Assembly (NCBI GenBank): GCA_964390465.1
Contig: CAYMIJ010000001.1
Span: 378,765-410,764, forward strand
Direction of reading: 5' to 3'
DNA: 32,000 nt
Origin: an uncultured Flavobacteriaceae bacterium
GTDB lineage: Bacteria > Pseudomonadota > Alphaproteobacteria > Micropepsales > Micropepsaceae
The notes under the pieces were generated by a model. The model searched no databases and was not told where the DNA came from. It was given only the letters and a program-made list of their open reading frames with translations. Both the position numbers and the translations under genes were made by a program. How positions within the stretch are numbered: the stretch's first letter is position 1; every line of letters begins with the position of its first letter. Below, one piece after another: positions 25,841 to 32,000 of this stretch.

Positions 25841-26040
25841 AACCAGTCCAGTAAAATTAGAATATTGAAAATTTTCGCTAATCGTCCATTTAATATACAA
25901 AACGATCTATGCTATTATTTGATTGATTTGTATTCTATTTATCTGACAATTTTTAGATAACATTCGGAAAATTTGCATAAAATACGTTCTATTAACCTGT
26001 GTAAATGCATGTAAACCATAACCTCATTCAATCATCCTTA
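25841..26040. other. strongly AT-rich divergent intergenic tract
   Basis: Hand count gives 47 G+C in 180 nt (25861-26040), about 26% GC, in an otherwise GC-rich window. Contains the inverted repeat TTATCT-N10-AGATAA (25939-25960) and direct TGTAAA repeats 10 bp apart (about 26000-26016). Confidence 0.8.
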
Positions 26041-26088
26041 ACACCGCCGGGGCAAAAGTTAGTCCTAACGGTGGGCTAACGATCAAGA

Positions 26089-27792
<1,704 letters not shown>

Positions 27793-27871
27793 GCATCCGG
27801 GTGAAGCGCACTTCATCATTCGCTAACACGGGCGTGTTAATGTGGGCGCTTTCGAATGGGGCAAGCGGGCA

Positions 27872-28288
27872 ATGATCCGCCAGATCTGCTATCTCAGTTC
27901 CGTCAATGAAGCGCTCGATGCCGAAGCATTGACGCAGCTTGTTGAACGCGCGCGCATCACCAATGCGGCGCTTCAGGTCACCGGCCTGCTCGCTTATGGC
28001 GAAGGTCACTTCTTTCAGGTTCTGGAAGGTCCGCGCGATAATATCGCCTCGGCCTTTGCGCGCCTGACCCGCGATGGCCGCCATCACGATATCCACGTTC
28101 TGCAGGACGAGATGATTTCATCGCGTGATTTCGCAGGCTTCCCGCTCGCCTTCCGTCCGCTCGACTCGCGAGTCCTGCTCACACTGGACAGCTTCTCATG
28201 GGAGTCGGCCATTCCCATGATCATTGGCGGCCTTGGCCACGAACTTCCGGTCCAGGCAACGCGCGAATCAGCCAACGCGGCCGCCTGA
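27872..28288 (+). CDS. short BLUF-domain blue-light photoreceptor protein
   Basis: ORF 27842..28288, trimmed to the ATG at 27872. MIRQICYLSS...VTGLLAYGEGHFFQVLEGPRDNI...LTRDGRHHDIHVL has the BLUF Tyr and Gln contexts. 138 aa. Confidence 0.88.
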   Translation: MIRQICYLSSVNEALDAEALTQLVERARITNAALQVTGLLAYGEGHFFQVLEGPRDNIASAFARLTRDGRHHDIHVLQDEMISSRDFAGFPLAFRPLDSRVLLTLDSFSWESAIPMIIGGLGHELPVQATRESANAAA

Positions 28289-28404
28289 CTCAGCGGCTCC
28301 GCGCGTAGCACGAACAGCCTTGCTGGAAGGCCTTGTGCCAACGCAACGAAAGGTTTAGCACCCCACGGCCTGCGGGCAGGGCACCGGAACGCCGGAAGTG
28401 GGGC

Positions 28405-30366
28405 ATGAAGCAATCCTTCTACGCGCTGACATCTCTACGCCGCTTTCAGAAGATGTCGCTGCAGATTGTTGCGGACAGCGCGATCATCGCACTTGCCTTT
28501 GTCTCGGCGATGGCGCTGCGCCTCGAAAACCTTCAGACACTCACCAGCTTGGAGACATGGCTGCCCATCGCCGTCATGTGGCCGCTGACCATAGCCGGGT
28601 TCTGGGCGTCTGGCCTCTATCAGACGGTTATCCGTTACATGTCTCCCGATGGGCTATGGGGCATCGGCGTGGTGTCCTTGCTATCGGCGCTGGGTCTGGC
28701 CATCACCAATGCGGGGGCAGGGTCGCCCCTGCCGCGCTCGATCCCCATGATCTATGCGATCTTGCTGTTCACTATGGTCAGCGGGCTGCGCTTCTTCGCG
28801 AAAGGTGTTTTTCGACAGACCAATAAGCTCATCAAGCGGCCAGTTCTGATCTATGGCGCTGGCGAAGCCGGCCGTCAGCTTCTCATCGCGCTCACCCAGG
28901 GCCGGGAATACGCCCCTGTAGGACTGGTCGATGACGACAGAAACCTGCAAGGCATGCTGGTGGGCGGACTGCGTGTGCAAAAGCCCACGGACCTGCCAGG
29001 TCTGGTGGAAAAAACCTCGGCGGCGGAAATGCTTCTGGCGATGCCCAGCATCAGCCGCAAACGCCGACAGGAGATCATCCAGTCGGTCGAATACCTGCAG
29101 CTTGAAATCAAGACCATTCCTTCGGTGGCTGACATCATCAGCGGGCGCGAGGTCATCAGCGATCTGCGCCCGGTTTCTCCCGCTGATCTTCTTGGCCGTG
29201 ACCCAGTCACGCCGGTGCACGAGCTCATGTCTGAGAACATCACGGGCAAAGCCGTGATGGTGACAGGTGCCGGTGGCTCCATCGGCAGCGAGCTGTGTCG
29301 GCAGATCCTGTCTCAGAACCCGCAATGTCTTATCCTTTTTGAACTGTCTGAATTCGCGCTCTATGCCATTGAGGCCGATCTGACCGACATCATCAGGCGT
29401 AACGGCAGCAGAACCCGAATCATACCGATCCTTGGCTCCGTGCAGAACCGCGCCCGCCTTGAATCCGTCATCCAGACCTATCGGGTGCAGACCATTTATC
29501 ATGCCGCCGCCTACAAGCATGTGCCGCTGGTTGAAGAAAACGTCATCGAAGGCATTCAGAACAATGTTTTCGGAACACTCACAACAGCGCAGGCGGCCAG
29601 GAAATGCGGGGTTGAGCGCTTCATTCTCGTTTCCACCGACAAAGCGGTGCGTCCGAAGAATGTCATGGGCGCGTCCAAGCGGCTTGCCGAACTCGCCTGC
29701 CAGGCCTTGGCCAAGGAAACGAACAATACAGTTTTCTCGATGGTGCGATTTGGCAATGTGCTGGGATCATCAGGCTCGGTGATCCCGTTGTTCCAGACGC
29801 AGATTTCCAGAGGCGGCCCTGTCACCGTCACACACCGCGACATCAACCGTTATTTCATGACCATCCCCGAAGCCGCACAGCTTGTCATTCAGGCGGGCGC
29901 AATGGGCAAAGGGGGCGATGTCTTCGTGCTCGACATGGGCGAGCCTGTGAAGATCCTGGACCTCGCAATGACGATGATCAGACTTCAGGGACAGATCCCT
30001 TATGTCACCGATGCAACGGACCCGGAAGAACCGCAGCCCGGCCACATGCCCATCCACATCACCGGCCTCAGGAAAGGCGAAAAACTCTACGAGGAACTCC
30101 TGATCGGTGAGAACCCAAGCGGCACTCAGCATCCGCGCATCATGACGGCCTCGGAAATATCCCTCTCGCCGGATGCCATGCGCAGCATTCTCGATCAGCT
30201 TCACGCCGCCTGTGTGTCGCTGGATATGGCCGCCCTGCGACGGCTGCTGATTGAAACACCACTTGGCTATGACCCGACTGATGCCGAGCTTGCCGATCTG
30301 ATCTGGGTTGAGGGTAAGCGGTCTGTGGTGCCAGGGCTGCGCGTGATCGACGGCAGCCGCGCCTAG
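28405..30366 (+). CDS. CapD/PglF/WbpM-type membrane-anchored NDP-sugar 4,6-dehydratase
   Basis: ORF 28333..30366, trimmed to the ATG at 28405 (GGAAG upstream). About 4 N-terminal TM segments, Rossmann motif VMVTGAGGSIGSEL, and STDKAVRPKNVMGASKRLAE typical of this family. Confidence 0.92.
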   Translation: MKQSFYALTSLRRFQKMSLQIVADSAIIALAFVSAMALRLENLQTLTSLETWLPIAVMWPLTIAGFWASGLYQTVIRYMSPDGLWGIGVVSLLSALGLAITNAGAGSPLPRSIPMIYAILLFTMVSGLRFFAKGVFRQTNKLIKRPVLIYGAGEAGRQLLIALTQGREYAPVGLVDDDRNLQGMLVGGLRVQKPTDLPGLVEKTSAAEMLLAMPSISRKRRQEIIQSVEYLQLEIKTIPSVADIISGREVISDLRPVSPADLLGRDPVTPVHELMSENITGKAVMVTGAGGSIGSELCRQILSQNPQCLILFELSEFALYAIEADLTDIIRRNGSRTRIIPILGSVQNRARLESVIQTYRVQTIYHAAAYKHVPLVEENVIEGIQNNVFGTLTTAQAARKCGVERFILVSTDKAVRPKNVMGASKRLAELACQALAKETNNTVFSMVRFGNVLGSSGSVIPLFQTQISRGGPVTVTHRDINRYFMTIPEAAQLVIQAGAMGKGGDVFVLDMGEPVKILDLAMTMIRLQGQIPYVTDATDPEEPQPGHMPIHITGLRKGEKLYEELLIGENPSGTQHPRIMTASEISLSPDAMRSILDQLHAACVSLDMAALRRLLIETPLGYDPTDAELADLIWVEGKRSVVPGLRVIDGSRA

Positions 30367-30455
30367 TCTCTGCATCGGCAACTGTCAGCTTTGGTCCGGC
30401 GCTGATTGCAATTGTGCACGTCGCCGCGCATATGGGCGCCCTTATGGAGAACCCG

Positions 30456-31658
30456 ATGCCCGCACGCACATTGGAAAAACGCATCGCATCCGCGCCGAAG
30501 CGCTTTGCCAGTGTGGCGCAGGCGATTGAAAAGCGACAGCCACGCGAGCCGGTCTACGCGCTTTATCCAAGGCGCATCTCACGTGCGGTCAAAACCTTCA
30601 TGACGGGCTTTCCCGGCACCACCATGTATGCGGTGAAGGCCAATCCTGCGCCGCCGCTGCTCGATCTCATCTACAAAGCGGGGCTTCGGGATTTTGATAC
30701 GGCGTCGCTGCCGGAAGTGAAGCTGATCGCCGGCCGCTTCAAGGACGCGCGCTGTCATTTCATGGCACCGATCCGCATACGCGGCACCACGGGTGAAGCC
30801 TATCGCAAATATGGCGTCACCAGTTTCGTGATCGACGACGAGCGCGAGCTTCAGCGGCTGATCGAGGAAACCGGCATCACGACACCATCCGAACGAAAAC
30901 GCGTGAAGGTTTTTGTGCGGCTGTCGACGCCGGTGGATGGTGCCTTTCTCGAACTCTCATCGAAGTTCGGCCTTGATGCTGGCGAAGGTGGTGCGCTGCT
31001 GAAGAAAGTGGCGGCGGCGGGTTTCGTTCCGGCGCTGACCTTTCATGTCGGCTCATTGTGCATCCGCCCCATGGCCTATCGTCAGGCGCTGGAAATCTGC
31101 CGCGATGCCGTGAACGCTTCAGATGTTGAACTGGGCGGGTTTGATGTCGGCGGCGGCTTTCCTGCACCCTATCCAGGCGTGCCTGCCCCGTCACTCGACG
31201 AATATTTCTACGCGATCCGCGAAGCCCGCAAGACGCTGCGCCTGTCGAAAAAGGCTGATCTGTTCTGCGAGCCGGGGCGCGCCATCTGCGCGGAAGGCAT
31301 CTCGGTCATAACCCAGGTCATCCGCCGCAAGAACGACCGGCTGTATCTGAACGATGGCGTCTATGGCAGCTTTGACGAGATGACCCTGCCCGACTGGAAC
31401 ATCGACTATCCCCGCCGCGTCTATATGCGCACAGGCGCGGGCAAGGTGGTGGAAGTGGGCGGCCCGCGCCGCCCGTTCCGTATCTACGGCCCCACCTGCG
31501 ACACGCTCGACAAGATGCCGCGCCCCATCCTGCTGCCCCAGAATCTGGGGGACGAGGACTGGATCGAGTTCGGGATGCTGGGGGCCTATTCCTGCGCCCT
31601 GCGCACGGGTTTCAACGGCTTTTACCCGGATGAGTGGGTCGAAGTGCAGGAAAACTAA
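30456..31658 (+). CDS. type III PLP-dependent decarboxylase (ornithine/lysine decarboxylase-like)
   Basis: PLP-lysine motif YAVKANP, Gly-rich FDVGGGFP, CEPGRA and GPTCDTLD motifs. The ATG at 30456 is preceded by GGAG; the ORF opens at 30414. Confidence 0.88.
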   Translation: MPARTLEKRIASAPKRFASVAQAIEKRQPREPVYALYPRRISRAVKTFMTGFPGTTMYAVKANPAPPLLDLIYKAGLRDFDTASLPEVKLIAGRFKDARCHFMAPIRIRGTTGEAYRKYGVTSFVIDDERELQRLIEETGITTPSERKRVKVFVRLSTPVDGAFLELSSKFGLDAGEGGALLKKVAAAGFVPALTFHVGSLCIRPMAYRQALEICRDAVNASDVELGGFDVGGGFPAPYPGVPAPSLDEYFYAIREARKTLRLSKKADLFCEPGRAICAEGISVITQVIRRKNDRLYLNDGVYGSFDEMTLPDWNIDYPRRVYMRTGAGKVVEVGGPRRPFRIYGPTCDTLDKMPRPILLPQNLGDEDWIEFGMLGAYSCALRTGFNGFYPDEWVEVQEN

Positions 31659-31749
31659 GCCTGATGATGCGCAAATAAAGCTGCAATGGAACGGAATGTT
31701 TACACCATAGGCTGACTATTGGCGGGCTCATTTCACTCGTCCATTGCCT

Positions 31750-32000
31750 ATGTCCAGCTCGAACGACAATCTTCAGACGCTGATCGACCTCGCCAGAGAA
31801 CCCTCCAGCGACAAGCGCCGCGAGTTGCTGCGCCAGATGACAGATCTGTTCATGGAGGCCCCGGCAGCCCATTCCGATCTCGCCCGTTCACAGTTCGGCG
31901 AGATCCTCGGCACCATTGCCCATGAAATGGAAATGGAGGTGCGCCAGACTCTGGCCGCGCGCCTCGCTCATGTGCCCGAAGCGCCGCACGCGCTCATCCT
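31750..32000 (+). CDS. DUF2336-like protein, 5' partial (runs off the window)
   Basis: My own translation from the ATG at 31750 is MSSSNDNLQTLIDLAREPSSDKRRELLRQMTDLFMEAPAAHSDLARSQFGEILGTIAHEMEMEVRQTLAARLAHVPEAPHALI. It is open to the window end, and the pattern resembles DUF2336 N-termini. It is not in the ORF track because there is no stop. Confidence 0.55.
   Translation, partial: MSSSNDNLQTLIDLAREPSSDKRRELLRQMTDLFMEAPAAHSDLARSQFGEILGTIAHEMEMEVRQTLAARLAHVPEAPHALI

Noticed and set aside
25992-26019. CtrA-box-like sequences: TTAA-N7-AAAT at 25992-26006 and TAAACCAT at 26012-26019. I also looked by eye for TTAA-N7-TTAA near both promoter-like repeats.
   Set aside because: Neither matches the full TTAA-N7-TTAA site or the TTAACCAT half-site exactly. 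In a 26% GC tract such near-matches are expected by chance. No full site was seen near 23398-23458 or 25332-25392.

Overview
GC-rich, alphaproteobacteria-like chromosomal DNA; almost all genes between 766 and 25781 are on the minus strand. The centre (about 10060-25392) is an RcGTA-type gene transfer agent (GTA) head-tail cluster. By protein similarity and gene order it contains a TerS-like g1, g2 TerL, g3 portal, g3.5, g4 protease, g5 capsid, g6, g8, g9, g10, g10.1, g11, g12, g13, g14 and g15, followed by a DUF2793 fibre-like gene, an M15 peptidase and a small TM protein. There are no integrase, repressor or replication genes, and no g7 homologue. The left flank holds a secreted protein, a small periplasmic protein, a family III CoA-transferase, two uncharacterised genes (a 488-aa soluble protein and a polytopic membrane protein), a PepSY / OmpR-type regulator / sensor kinase operon (feuNPQ-like order), and two tandem acyl-CoA dehydrogenases. 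The right flank holds a small secreted protein, a roughly 200-bp tract of about 26% GC, a multi-TM PAS histidine kinase with no adjacent regulator, a short BLUF photoreceptor, a CapD/PglF-type sugar dehydratase, a type III PLP decarboxylase and the start of a DUF2336 protein. The most unusual observation is a 61-bp element present twice, upstream of g1 and between TerL and portal. On the coding strand it reads as a near-consensus TTGACA-N17-TATATA promoter with invariant flanks. The copy before portal is followed by a structured leader with a terminator-like hairpin. All family assignments come from reading the translated ORFs; no database search was run.
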